64,000 nucleotides of DNA from Methanosarcinales archaeon. Lineage in GTDB: Archaea; Halobacteriota; Methanosarcinia; Methanosarcinales; Methanocomedenaceae. Under the pieces are notes generated by a model. It saw only the letters and a list, made by a program, of their open reading frames with translations, ran no database searches and was not told the DNA's origin. The translations under genes and the position numbers were made by a program. The stretch lies in assembly GCA_021108405.1 (NCBI GenBank), contig JAIOQW010000336.1, positions 1,777-65,776 of the forward strand. The letters run 5' to 3'. Numbering within the stretch: position 1 is the stretch's first letter; each line of letters opens with the position of its first letter. Positions 44,675 to 54,576 of this stretch are shown here, in pieces.

Positions 44675-44742
44675 AAAAAAAGATAACTGTAAGAGTGGCT
44701 TTTTTAATGGAAAAATTAATGCTATTTCAAATTAACATTATA

Positions 44743-44904
44743 ATAGTATATAAAACATAACTTTATATATCTAAAATGCTCACTCGGTTCACATTTTCTA
44801 ATCCTCCATTCTTCGGGAATGTCGGACGAAGATTCTTTGAATCTTCTAATCCTCCATTCTTCGGGAATGTCGGTAAAGAAAATCAGACCGAAGGGAGGAT
44901 TTTG
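44743..44904 (-). repeat. Family A element, copy A5 (expanded central module)
   Basis: TATATAAA-ACATAAC-TTTATATA palindrome and AAAATGCTCACTCGGTTCACATTTTCTAATCC. Two copies of TCTAATCCTCCATTCTTCGGGAATGTCGG flank the hairpin GAAGATTC-TTT-GAATCTTC. Ends with AAAATCAGACCGAAGGGAGGATTTT. Confidence 0.9.
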
Positions 44905-44951
44905 TTTTAGATCTATTAGAGGTCTATCTACAGGGATAAGGAGAAATAAAT

Positions 44952-45158
44952 ATGACTGATAGAGAATACATAATTGAATCAAAAAGATATACAGATGTAA
45001 ATGGGAAGACTGTCTTTGACAGCTGGGTCACTTCAGCTAAGATCATTGAAGTGAAACATGAAGAGGAATATATGGTATTCTTTCCATTAGAAGGAGATCA
45101 TGCTGGTAAGAAGCATTATATTCCATTCTCAAACATCCATATAGTTTATGAAAGATAA
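44952..45158 (+). CDS. Small hypothetical protein
   Basis: 68-aa ORF with AAGGAG upstream. No domain recognised. Confidence 0.45.
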   Translation: MTDREYIIESKRYTDVNGKTVFDSWVTSAKIIEVKHEEEYMVFFPLEGDHAGKKHYIPFSNIHIVYER

Positions 45159-45166
45159 ACCAGGAT

Positions 45167-46063
45167 CTAATATTGTTCGATCCTGACAGATTCATTTGGC
45201 CTGGTATACCAGGGCAGAGCAGCTATGGCTCCGATAATTCCATTACCTGACATACATATATCCACATTATTAGAACGGGCGGTCTCAAGAGCAAATTGCT
45301 TAGTAAGTATCCTTGTTCTACATTCGTGACTGTAGTCCTTTAAATGTGAAGCATCAAAATCATCCAGCACTACCATTCCGGTCTCATCAGAGACACTGTA
45401 CTGCTCAAGTGCTGAGTGTATACTTTCAAGTAATACCTGTTTGGATGAGCTATTACTACACCCGAACTCCAGTACAGTAGATACACAGTTCTGGGTCTTA
45501 GCAGGTGCAGGGAATAACTGTACCAGGGCATGAGATAAATATCTGGTATCCGGTTGATCAAGATTGGCAGCAATATTGTGTGCCAGGGACCAGGTAGCGC
45601 CCTGTTCCTTATTATCAGTATCATCAATCCCTATCAGCAGACGTTCCAGTCTGGGTACTACAATAGTGCCTTTGGCAGCCCTACCGCCACCTGATTCGGA
45701 TATATCATATCTAAGTACACCCTGGCTTTTTGCCCGGCATACTGTTGCACCGACTCCTCCGCCTCCAAGTCCTGCATAGGTGATCTCAACTTCATCGGCT
45801 GTTACTTTCACGGATTCTATCCCGGCGGCAGCTACAGAGGCTTCAAGTTCAAGTTCTTTTGTTCCCACTTCACAACAATACCTGATCATATTGCCCAATG
45901 AGCTAATATCACTGATCAGCGGACTGCTTGCATAATGCTGCATTGTCCATGCAGAACCGCCGTAGCAGGTGGACCGTTCTATAATATCTACATATCGGTT
46001 CATACGGTCGCACACTGCATATATCCCATCATATGTAACAGTATAAGGTTCATCAAGTTTCAT
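45167..46063 (-). CDS. Conserved archaeal protein with a TiaS-like IGIDDTD motif in its C-terminal half (possibly methanogenesis marker protein 11)
   Basis: 298 aa. LLIGIDDTDNKEQGATWSLAHNIA resembles the N-terminal nucleotide-binding motif of tRNA(Ile2) agmatidine synthetase. The name is from memory only. Confidence 0.35.
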   Translation of the reverse strand: MKLDEPYTVTYDGIYAVCDRMNRYVDIIERSTCYGGSAWTMQHYASSPLISDISSLGNMIRYCCEVGTKELELEASVAAAGIESVKVTADEVEITYAGLGGGGVGATVCRAKSQGVLRYDISESGGGRAAKGTIVVPRLERLLIGIDDTDNKEQGATWSLAHNIAANLDQPDTRYLSHALVQLFPAPAKTQNCVSTVLEFGCSNSSSKQVLLESIHSALEQYSVSDETGMVVLDDFDASHLKDYSHECRTRILTKQFALETARSNNVDICMSGNGIIGAIAALPWYTRPNESVRIEQY

Positions 46064-46137
46064 TTTTATTGCTCCTGTTATAGTCCTAAACCAAACTATC
46101 TTATATGTATCAATAATCTTATACTAAAGGTGTTATT

Positions 46138-46557
46138 TTGAATAAGCATTCCCCTACAAAAAAAAAATACTCTAAACCCTCAGAAGGTGAACTGCTGGCA
46201 ATTACTGTCCTTGATATTGAAAAACGTACTATAGGCTGGTCACCTGGACTTAAAAGAAGTGTATATATCAATAAATCCACGCAACAAAAAGTGATTGAGG
46301 AACTTAAGAGGGTCAGGGAAGCAGAAGTAGTTACGGCCTATGATCAAATGAATGATAAGACTTTGTTCATTGAGCTCGATGAACTTGAACATGAGCAATT
46401 TAATAAAATCTATGATCAATATCTGGAAGCAAGCGGGCAGGTATTCTATACACGTAAAAAGGAAGGACGAAAGATGCGATCAGTATTTATATTCGATAAG
46501 AGCGCCGGAATAAAGGAGGATGTTGATGTACCTGAAAAAAAGATACTTTTCGAGTAA
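46138..46557 (+). CDS. Hypothetical protein
   Basis: 139-aa ORF with a TTG start, charged and helical. No domain recognised. Confidence 0.4.
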   Translation: MNKHSPTKKKYSKPSEGELLAITVLDIEKRTIGWSPGLKRSVYINKSTQQKVIEELKRVREAEVVTAYDQMNDKTLFIELDELEHEQFNKIYDQYLEASGQVFYTRKKEGRKMRSVFIFDKSAGIKEDVDVPEKKILFE

Positions 46558-46574
46558 TATATGGAGACCCAATA

Positions 46575-47429
46575 ATGGATCCTGATATCATGCAAAAATA
46601 TCTTGAAGCTGGCAGAATTGCTTCAAAAGTAAGAAATCAAACCGCAAAGGCAGTAGAAGAAAATATGCGTTTGATAGATATCGCCGAGTATGCAGAAAAC
46701 CTCACCTATGAAATGGGGGCAAAAGTAGCATTTCCCTGCAACATATCAATCAATGAAATAGCTTCTCATTATACTCCTGAATACGGGATACAACGAATCA
46801 TGGCTAATGACCTGGTAAAAATAGATATAGGGGTTCATATAGATGGTTATATTGCAGATACAGCTACCACGATCGAAGTTGGTACACACCGTAATAATAT
46901 ACTTATCCATTCGGCTGAGAAGGCACTGGATGCAGCGATCAAGATAATTCGCGAAGATATTAATACCAAACAGATCGGAACTGTTATAGAAAAGGTGATA
47001 AAGTCATATAACTGCACTTCCGTAACTGACCTGACAGGTCACAGTGTAGATAGATATACCATTCACAGTGGTATCACTATTCCAAACTATAGCAATGCTA
47101 CATTCGGGAATACCCTGCATGCCGGAGATGTGATCGCAATTGAGCCATTCACAACCCGGGGTCCCGGACTGATAAAGCAGGGGGAGACCAGGATATTTGG
47201 TCTGCTGTATGATAAAAAGTTTAAAGATCCGGGATATCAGCAATTAGTCTCACAGTTTAATACACTTCCATTTACCAGACGCTGGATGCAAAAACCAGAT
47301 AAACTGGAGATGATCAGACGGTTCTTAAGAAGATATCCGGTCCTGATAGAAAGTAACGGCTGTCCGGTTGCCCAGGCCGAACATACTATTATTGTTCTTA
47401 AGCATGGATGTAAAGTAATTACTGATTAA
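46575..47429 (+). CDS. map: Methionine aminopeptidase, type 2 (archaeal)
   Basis: FPCNISINEIASHYTP, DLVKIDIGVHIDGYIADTA, GHS, IEPF, AQAEHT are the pita-bread metal ligands. Confidence 0.85.
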   Translation: MDPDIMQKYLEAGRIASKVRNQTAKAVEENMRLIDIAEYAENLTYEMGAKVAFPCNISINEIASHYTPEYGIQRIMANDLVKIDIGVHIDGYIADTATTIEVGTHRNNILIHSAEKALDAAIKIIREDINTKQIGTVIEKVIKSYNCTSVTDLTGHSVDRYTIHSGITIPNYSNATFGNTLHAGDVIAIEPFTTRGPGLIKQGETRIFGLLYDKKFKDPGYQQLVSQFNTLPFTRRWMQKPDKLEMIRRFLRRYPVLIESNGCPVAQAEHTIIVLKHGCKVITD

Positions 47430-47519
47430 CATTATACTTTTTTATACATTAAGAACAGTAATATAAATGTTTATTTGTGGTGGGTATAACTGTGAAAATA
47501 ATAGAAGAATCATGAAATT

Positions 47520-49610
47520 ATGCTGGAAGAATTATTTGAACCAAACTCTATTGCAGTAATAGGAGCATCAAGGGACCCTAAGAAACCAGGGGGTGCGATC
47601 CTTGCGAACCTGATCAAGGAATATAAAGGTAGTATATATCCTGTTAATCCGAAGAGTGATACAGTCCAGGGCCTAAAATGTTACCATTCGGTGGATGAAG
47701 TACCCTCGGCAGAACTGGCTGTTATCGTTATCCCTGCCAGATTCGTGCCTGATACACTGGAACAGTGTTCTAAAAAGGATACTAAAAATGTTGTTATCAT
47801 TTCGGCAGGCTTTAAAGAATCCGGGCCTGATGGTGCTGTACTTGAGAAACAGATAATAGATATCTCAAATGATACAGGGATACGCATCCTGGGACCTAAC
47901 TGCCTGGGACTGCTTAATACACACAATGGTATGAATGCTACTTTTGCAGCCGGAAGTGCAAGAAAAGGCAATATTGCTATTATGTCTCAATCAGGAGCAC
48001 TATGTACATCCATACTGGACTGGGCAGCATCTGAAAATATCGGGTTTAGCAAATTCCTTAGTCTAGGGAACAAGGCAGATATTGCAGAAAATGACCTGCT
48101 GGATTCCTGGAGTTATGACGATGAAACTGATGTCATTCTTGCTTATCTGGAAGGTATAAAGGATGGCCAGCAGTTCATAAGTACGGCCCGTGATGCAACA
48201 AAAAGAAAACCTGTAGTAGTAATCAAAAGCGGCAGGACATCAACAGGTTCCAAAGCTGCTGCATCACATACCGGGACCCTGGCAGGAAGCGACCGAGCCT
48301 ATACTTCCGCATTTGATCAAAGCGGAGTGATCCGGGCATATTCTATGGAAGAACTATTTGATTATGCCATGGCATTTTCGGCCCAACCTTTGCCCAAAGG
48401 GTTCAATGTTGCTATTATCACTAATGCCGGAGGTCCTGGGATCATGGCTGCTGATGCCTGTGAGGAAGTTGGTTTGAGACTTGCCTCATTTAAACCTGAA
48501 ACCATAGATAAACTGCGGGAGGGGCTGCCTCCCCAGGCTAATATCTATAACCCGATAGATGTACTGGGTGATGCCACTTCCCAACGGTATGGCCTGGCAC
48601 TGGAAGCAGCGATGAGCGACCCGATAGTTGATTGTATAATCGTTTTGGTATCTCCACAGGCAATGACTGATGTGGAACAGATTGCCCGGGCCGTAATCCA
48701 GGCATCCAGGGACCATAGTAAACCGGTTGTTACAAGCCTTATCGGAGGCAGTAGCATGGTTAACGGCGATAAAATACTGGATATGGGAAAAGTACCTAAT
48801 TATCCTTATCCGGGACGGGCAGCAAAAGCATTGTCCGTACTGGCAAAGTACAGACAGTACCAGGAAGTGGTCCGATCGCCATACGAACAGTTTGATGTGG
48901 ATATGAATGGAGTACGCAGTATCATTGATAGTTCTATTAAAGAGGGTATATATACACTAGGTGTGGAATCACTGGATATTCTGGCATGCTACGGGATCCC
49001 AACTGTCAGGTCAATACATGCAAGGACCATTGAAGAAGCACTCAAGGCAGCCGAAATGATCGGATACCCTGTTGCTATGAAAATAGTATCTCCTGACATA
49101 TCACACAAATCAGATGTGGGTGGAGTAAAGATCAATATAAAGGACGAAAAGGAACTTACTTTTACTTATACGGTAATGCGCCAGAATATCACAAGGATAT
49201 TACCGGATGCCCGCATCAAAGGTGTACAGATACAGGAAATGCGGTATACAGGTAAAGAGATAATTGTAGGTATGCATAAGGATGCTCAGTTCGGTCCTAT
49301 GCTGATGTTCGGTCTGGGTGGTATTTATGTGGATATACTCAAAGATGTATCTTTTGCCGTAGCTCCTATTAATAGGGATGATGCAAATAAGATGATACAA
49401 CAGATCAAGTCATTCCCGCTGCTCACAGGGGTCAGAGGCGAAGAGGCCTCTGATATCGATTCTATCGTTGACAGTTTACTGCGGCTTTCACAGCTTGCAT
49501 GTGATTTTCCCGAGATAGTCGAACTGGATATCAATCCCCTGTTCGTATATACCAGAGGTAAGGGTTGTGTTGCACCGGATTTTAGGATCATATTGGAGGA
49601 AAGAAAATGA
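47520..49610 (+). CDS. acd: ADP-forming acetyl-CoA synthetase (fused alpha/beta, NDP-forming acyl-CoA synthetase family)
   Basis: LFEPNSIAVIGAS, PVNPK, GPNCLG, SQSGAL, the phosphohistidine loop AASHTGTLAG, and a C-terminal ATP-grasp (YPVAMKIVSPDISHKSDVGGVK). Confidence 0.85.
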   Translation: MLEELFEPNSIAVIGASRDPKKPGGAILANLIKEYKGSIYPVNPKSDTVQGLKCYHSVDEVPSAELAVIVIPARFVPDTLEQCSKKDTKNVVIISAGFKESGPDGAVLEKQIIDISNDTGIRILGPNCLGLLNTHNGMNATFAAGSARKGNIAIMSQSGALCTSILDWAASENIGFSKFLSLGNKADIAENDLLDSWSYDDETDVILAYLEGIKDGQQFISTARDATKRKPVVVIKSGRTSTGSKAAASHTGTLAGSDRAYTSAFDQSGVIRAYSMEELFDYAMAFSAQPLPKGFNVAIITNAGGPGIMAADACEEVGLRLASFKPETIDKLREGLPPQANIYNPIDVLGDATSQRYGLALEAAMSDPIVDCIIVLVSPQAMTDVEQIARAVIQASRDHSKPVVTSLIGGSSMVNGDKILDMGKVPNYPYPGRAAKALSVLAKYRQYQEVVRSPYEQFDVDMNGVRSIIDSSIKEGIYTLGVESLDILACYGIPTVRSIHARTIEEALKAAEMIGYPVAMKIVSPDISHKSDVGGVKINIKDEKELTFTYTVMRQNITRILPDARIKGVQIQEMRYTGKEIIVGMHKDAQFGPMLMFGLGGIYVDILKDVSFAVAPINRDDANKMIQQIKSFPLLTGVRGEEASDIDSIVDSLLRLSQLACDFPEIVELDINPLFVYTRGKGCVAPDFRIILEERK

Positions 49611-50677
49611 AGACCATACTTATTGGATCAACTGAAGGTTTTTCAGGAAAAAGCGCTATCACTCTTGGTCTTGCTATAATATTAAAAGAGACCGGATATA
49701 GAGTAGGGTTCATGAAACCCCTTGGTAATAAGCTTAAATGGAAGAATGACCGACTTATTGATGAAGATGCGCAAAAAATCAAGAAGATACTGGATCTGAG
49801 CGAGTCTATTGATGATATTACGCCCATCCATCTAACAGACGATTTTCTGCATAAAGTATTAAAAGGTGAAGTTAGCGGTCTGGACCAGAGTATCAGATCA
49901 GCTTTTGACAAATTATCAAGGGATAAGGATATTATGCTAATAGAAGGCAATGCTGCCTTCTCAGATGGAGCTATCTACGGAATGTCAGATGCTAATGTGG
50001 CACATCTTCTTAATGCTTCAATACTACTGGTGGCAAAGTACAGGTCTATGAAGAGTATTGATAATATTATAACAGACTACAAGATCATCAGTGAACCTGA
50101 AAGGATGATTGGAGTAGTCTTGAATGATGTCCCTGAGGATGAACTCGCTGATATAGAGGATCTTGTAAAACCTTATCTGAACAACCAGGGCGTGAATGTA
50201 CTGGGAGTTATCCCAAAGGACTTTACGTTACGCTCAATAGCAGTGGGACAGATAGCTGAGATGCTACCCGGTGAGATCCTTACAGCACAACAGAAGTGTG
50301 AAGATTTAGTGGAACATATCCTGGTAGGTGCTATGGAAACTGATAGTGCACTTCGGTTTTTTAGAAAATCCCATAATTATGCTGTGGTAACAGGAGGGGA
50401 TAGGGCAGATATACAACTTGCTGCTATGGAAGCCAATACTAAATGCCTGATACTAACAGGTAACCTGTATCCAAGTGCTGCTGTACTGGGTACTGCCCAG
50501 ACTAAAGAGGTTCCGATAATTTTGGTATCTGCTGATACCATGACCACCATCGATCATCTGGAGATATTGATGGGACGCTCAAGTATGAGTAATCCTGAAA
50601 AACTGAAAAAAATAGTAAAACTGTTAAAGAACACTCTTGATCTTGATACGATAATCCGTCATATTGATAAACAGTAG
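49607..50677 (+). CDS. Pta-N-terminal-like protein (CobQ/DethiobiotinS-like P-loop fold plus DRTGG domain)
   Basis: ATGA overlap with acd. The N-terminus is LIGSTEGFSGKSAITLGLA, and VVTGGDRADIQLAA is the DRTGG motif. No phosphotransacetylase catalytic domain is present. Confidence 0.7.
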   Translation: MKTILIGSTEGFSGKSAITLGLAIILKETGYRVGFMKPLGNKLKWKNDRLIDEDAQKIKKILDLSESIDDITPIHLTDDFLHKVLKGEVSGLDQSIRSAFDKLSRDKDIMLIEGNAAFSDGAIYGMSDANVAHLLNASILLVAKYRSMKSIDNIITDYKIISEPERMIGVVLNDVPEDELADIEDLVKPYLNNQGVNVLGVIPKDFTLRSIAVGQIAEMLPGEILTAQQKCEDLVEHILVGAMETDSALRFFRKSHNYAVVTGGDRADIQLAAMEANTKCLILTGNLYPSAAVLGTAQTKEVPIILVSADTMTTIDHLEILMGRSSMSNPEKLKKIVKLLKNTLDLDTIIRHIDKQ

Positions 50678-50683
50678 TAATAC

Positions 50684-51022
50684 CTAACCATACATAAGCT
50701 CGTCCGGCGGAGGTGATTGTAGAAGGGTTATGATATATTCCATTGGTACCGGAGAATATGCTTCCATCTCATTACCGCAATTCGGACACTGCATTTTAAA
50801 TCTAATAGGTGTGGCAGTGATCTCTTCTTCAATATAGGATTCCTGGATATAAGGGTTGGGAACAGTGGTAGGTTCACCGGTTTCAAACTGATTGGTTTTT
50901 AACAGGTGATAGTAAGTGGATTTTTCTGTGTTACCGCAATCTTGGCATGTAAGAATTATTTTATTTGACAGGAATTTATCTTTTTTTTTGGTTTTGATTA
51001 GTTTGTTCAGTATATCGTTCAC
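50684..51022 (-). CDS. Zinc-ribbon protein
   Basis: CQDCGN...(60 aa)...CPNCGN form two CxxC pairs. Confidence 0.5.
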   Translation of the reverse strand: MNDILNKLIKTKKKDKFLSNKIILTCQDCGNTEKSTYYHLLKTNQFETGEPTTVPNPYIQESYIEEEITATPIRFKMQCPNCGNEMEAYSPVPMEYIITLLQSPPPDELMYG

Positions 51023-51087
51023 GGTAATCTGTATGTTCTTGGTAGATATAAATCTTTTAGTTTTTGTTAATTATCCAAAAATAGATA

Positions 51088-54000
51088 TTACTTACCCTTA
51101 TGCCACATTACCAGATACGCTACCAATATCAGCACAGTGATGGTTAATCTACAATCAAACCCGGGTACTTCTTCGTTCTCATCCGGTGGCTCGGGTGCTC
51201 GTACAATTGTCATAATACTGTTAGTATTATCCATTTCATTTTCAAAGTCTAAAGAAAAAACATTTACCGTGACATTATATATACCCGCATCCGCATCTGT
51301 TATATTTAAAGTGACATTCCAAGAAGCGCCAATACCAAGATCAAGTATAAATGACCTGTTTAATTCTGCTACATCTGCACTATCCGAATTGTTGACTGTA
51401 AGTTGAAAGCTGTCTATGAAATTTCCTGTATTCTTTAACGTTAGTACATATGTTGCATTTATATTCGGTTTGGTTATTTGTTCAGCCGGCGAAGAGATAG
51501 TTGCATTATAAACTCCTTTTATAACCGAGTTGTTCTGGTATGAGATAGCATAATTCGATAAATTATCATACATTTCCACACATAGATTATACCTGCCATA
51601 CGCCGCGGTTGTATTGATATGAAAACTCTCGTTTACACAAAGCCCGGTTCCACCCAACACACATGTATTGGTTATTTTATTTATAACTGCAGTGCTGTTC
51701 TTTATTGTGATAGTGTAGTTCTTCGGAGTTAATTCCGTATAGGTGAAGTTGACCCAAAACATTTTTCCTCCCATTCCATAAAAAGGAGATAATTTAGTTG
51801 GTACATTTATTATAACATCCGGAGGTGTGACATTTGTTAGCATAAGAGGATGGTAATCACCACCGTTTAGGATTTCTCCGGAAGAATTATAGGGGGTAAG
51901 GGTATCTCCCAGTCCATCTTTATCAGTATCAATGCCAGTATAGTCTGACCAGTAGTTGCCAGCAAGATGCAAACCTCCAATGATGTTTAATCCTGCTGTT
52001 TTTGTGATGTTCCATATGTTATTATAGCTTCCTGAAGTATTAGCGTTGTGTATGTTGTTGAAGTGGTTGTTGTAGATGAAGTTGCAGTACGATTCCTTTA
52101 GATAAATACCGTAATGATTAGAGTTTATTGTACAATTTTCTATTATTGAATAATTAGTATGAACAAGCAACACACCTTCGTAATTCATTGTTAGTGTCAA
52201 ATCTTTAATAGTAGTATTCGTTGCGTTTACGACTGCTACATAGCCGGCATCATCCGGAATTACTTTATCTTGTTCATCTATTAAGTAATAGATCGGCTTT
52301 TCATCAACAATGTTACTTGTATCAATATTTTGTATGTATCCGGAAAGATTGCTACTATAAATACCAAAGTTGTATGAATTTTGGGACATAGTATTGTCTG
52401 AAAGCGTATTTTGGCTTGATTCGTATAGATAGATACCATAACCGAAGTCACTTATGTCATCTATTCTAATATTAGAATTTGCTGTGTTGTTCGTAAGCGT
52501 ATTATTGCCTGAATTATTCAGGTAGATGCCGTAGCCGAAGTTATGGTTATTATTACAATCTCCTGTAGAATGATTGTTGTTATTGTGGCTATAACCACAG
52601 GTACCGCATTTTCCACAATTTAAATTTGCAGTACAGTTTGTAAGAGTATTGTTGCTTGATGAATACAGGTAGATACCATAACCGTAGCCATAACCTCCAT
52701 CACCACCACCATCACCACCATCACCACCTGAGCCATTGTTTGAGCTTATATTGTTGTTTACCAGCGTATTATTACTCGAAGAATATAGATAGATGCCATA
52801 ACCATAGCCATCGCCACCACCTACCCCATAATAAGAATCATAATCACTACTATCACCACCTGAGCCATTATTTGAGCTTATATTGTTGTTTACCAGCGTA
52901 TTATTACTCGAAGAATATAGATATATGCCATAACCATAGCCATCGCCACCATCACCACCTAGCCCATAATAAGAATCATAATCACTACCATCACCACCTG
53001 AGCCATTGTTTGAGCTTATATTGTTGTTTACCAGCGTATTATTACTCGAAGAATATAGATAGATGCCATAACCATAGCCATCGCCACCACCTACCCCATA
53101 ATAAGAATCATAATCACTACTATCACCACCTGAGCCATTATTTGAGCTTATATTGTTGTTTACCAGCATATTATTACTCGAAGAATGTAGATAGATACCA
53201 TAACCATAGCCATGGCCGCCCCTACCAATATTACAGTTATACTCGTTTTTGCATGATCCGCTGGTGCCTCCTTTTCCTCCATTTAAGTGTGCAATATTGT
53301 TCGAAAGCGTATTATTGTTTGAAAAAAATAAATAAATGCCATGCCCGAACCCATCATTGCCATCACCACTACAGGAAACAGACCCACCAGAAAAATCTGG
53401 ACCGTTGGTACCACCTTTTCCACTATTCAAATCTGCTGTATTGTTCGTAAGTGAATTATTACTCGAATAATGTAGGTATACACCATAACCGTAGCCTTCA
53501 CCCCCATTACTACCACAACTACCATGTGAAGGACCTCCGCTGCCGTTACCTCCGCGGCCTTTGTTTGATCTCATATTGTTATTTTCAAGTATATTATCAT
53601 TTGAATAATTCAGGTAGATGCCATAACCGTAGCCATAGCCACCGCCATAGGCACTGTATGAGCTGCAAACGCCATTTTCACCATTTCCGCTATTCAAATT
53701 TGCTGTGTTGTTCGCAAGAGTATTATTGCTTGAAGAATCCAGGAGGATACCATAGCCGTAGCCATTGCCGCTACTACTGCCCATCCCAAGATCACCTCTT
53801 CCGCCTCTTCCATTATTTAAGCTTGCAGTGTTGTTCGTAAGTGTGTTGTTACTTGAAGAATACAGGTAGATACCGTAACCGTAGCCATCACCGGCCCAGG
53901 TGCCACGATACACATCACAATCACCATCTCCACCTCTTCCATTATTCAAGATTGCAGTATTGTTCGCAAGCGTATTGTTGCTCGAAGAATATAGGTAAAT

Positions 54001-54576
54001 ACCGCAACTGTAGCCATTATCACCCTCAAAGGGATTACTACTCACAAGGCCTTTTCCGTGGTTCAAGCTTGCATTATTATCCATAAGTAGATTATTGTTT
54101 GAATGGAACAGATAAATGCCGTAGTTGTTATACAAAGCGGAAATATTAGAAATATTGCAGTTATCTACACAATTGAGATAAATACCATTTCCTGATTTCG
54201 CCCCTGTTATTGTAAACCCGGAGATATTCACATAGTCCTTTGTCACCTTTAAGACATGTTCACTTGAATTAGCCGCTGTTACATTCACCACATCCGCACC
54301 CTCTCCCCGCAGCGTGAGATATTTGCTCACTTTCACATTTTCACTATAATTACCGGCATGTATAAGAATAATATCTCCATTCGATGCGGCATCCACAGCT
54401 TCCTGTATTTTAGAATATGTCTGTCCGGAACCAACGTGTATTTCTGCTGCACTTGCTGTGTGACAAATGAGCGCCATTGATAAGAGTAGCAGTAAAATTT
54501 TTTTATTACGATAAGAAGAAAGCAGCATGGTATCTGCTATCCTCATATATACTGTGACCTGATCTTTAATTGTCAT
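51088..54576 (-). CDS. Giant surface beta-helix protein with Gly/Tyr/Asp-rich inserted loops and a PGF-CTERM-like tail
   Basis: The signal peptide probably starts at an internal Met (..MLLSSYRNKKILLLLLSMALICHTASA). The N-terminus AEIHVGSGQTYSKIQEAVDAASNGDIILIHAGNYSENVKV is paralogous to 7839..11660. About 13 rungs of type GYGYGIYLYSSSNNTL.NN are separated by G/D/S/Y loops. GGLHLAGNYWSDYTGIDTDKDGLGD is present. The C-terminus is VPGFDCRLTITVLILVAYLVMWHKGK. Confidence 0.75.
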   Translation of the reverse strand: MTIKDQVTVYMRIADTMLLSSYRNKKILLLLLSMALICHTASAAEIHVGSGQTYSKIQEAVDAASNGDIILIHAGNYSENVKVSKYLTLRGEGADVVNVTAANSSEHVLKVTKDYVNISGFTITGAKSGNGIYLNCVDNCNISNISALYNNYGIYLFHSNNNLLMDNNASLNHGKGLVSSNPFEGDNGYSCGIYLYSSSNNTLANNTAILNNGRGGDGDCDVYRGTWAGDGYGYGIYLYSSSNNTLTNNTASLNNGRGGRGDLGMGSSSGNGYGYGILLDSSSNNTLANNTANLNSGNGENGVCSSYSAYGGGYGYGYGIYLNYSNDNILENNNMRSNKGRGGNGSGGPSHGSCGSNGGEGYGYGVYLHYSSNNSLTNNTADLNSGKGGTNGPDFSGGSVSCSGDGNDGFGHGIYLFFSNNNTLSNNIAHLNGGKGGTSGSCKNEYNCNIGRGGHGYGYGIYLHSSSNNMLVNNNISSNNGSGGDSSDYDSYYGVGGGDGYGYGIYLYSSSNNTLVNNNISSNNGSGGDGSDYDSYYGLGGDGGDGYGYGIYLYSSSNNTLVNNNISSNNGSGGDSSDYDSYYGVGGGDGYGYGIYLYSSSNNTLVNNNISSNNGSGGDGGDGGGDGGYGYGYGIYLYSSSNNTLTNCTANLNCGKCGTCGYSHNNNNHSTGDCNNNHNFGYGIYLNNSGNNTLTNNTANSNIRIDDISDFGYGIYLYESSQNTLSDNTMSQNSYNFGIYSSNLSGYIQNIDTSNIVDEKPIYYLIDEQDKVIPDDAGYVAVVNATNTTIKDLTLTMNYEGVLLVHTNYSIIENCTINSNHYGIYLKESYCNFIYNNHFNNIHNANTSGSYNNIWNITKTAGLNIIGGLHLAGNYWSDYTGIDTDKDGLGDTLTPYNSSGEILNGGDYHPLMLTNVTPPDVIINVPTKLSPFYGMGGKMFWVNFTYTELTPKNYTITIKNSTAVINKITNTCVLGGTGLCVNESFHINTTAAYGRYNLCVEMYDNLSNYAISYQNNSVIKGVYNATISSPAEQITKPNINATYVLTLKNTGNFIDSFQLTVNNSDSADVAELNRSFILDLGIGASWNVTLNITDADAGIYNVTVNVFSLDFENEMDNTNSIMTIVRAPEPPDENEEVPGFDCRLTITVLILVAYLVMWHKGK
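52717..53142 (-). repeat. Tandem 132/138-nt coding repeats; two ~156-nt blocks identical at 270-nt offset
   Basis: 52717-52872 reads identical to 52987-53142 by eye. Units begin TGAGCTTATATTGTTGTTTACCAGCGTATTATTACTCGAAGAATATAGATAGATGCC at 52741, 52873, 53011 and 53143. Confidence 0.85.

Noticed and set aside
44722-44982. 86-aa minus-strand ORF with an internal repeat DIPEEWRIR.
   Set aside because: It is a translation straight through family A repeat copy A5, whose two TCTAATCCTCCATTCTTCGGGAATGTCGG units produce the peptide repeat. The other A copies do not keep this frame open.
52656-54086. Three long plus-strand ORFs with extraordinary His/Tyr/Cys-rich repetitive translations (HHHHHH..., NHSHRHH...).
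   Set aside because: They are the antisense reading of the Gly/Tyr/Asp-rich repeats of the 1162-aa minus-strand gene, which has a signal peptide, beta-helix rungs and a C-terminal anchor. Their repetitiveness mirrors the sense repeats, and they have no RBS or start context.
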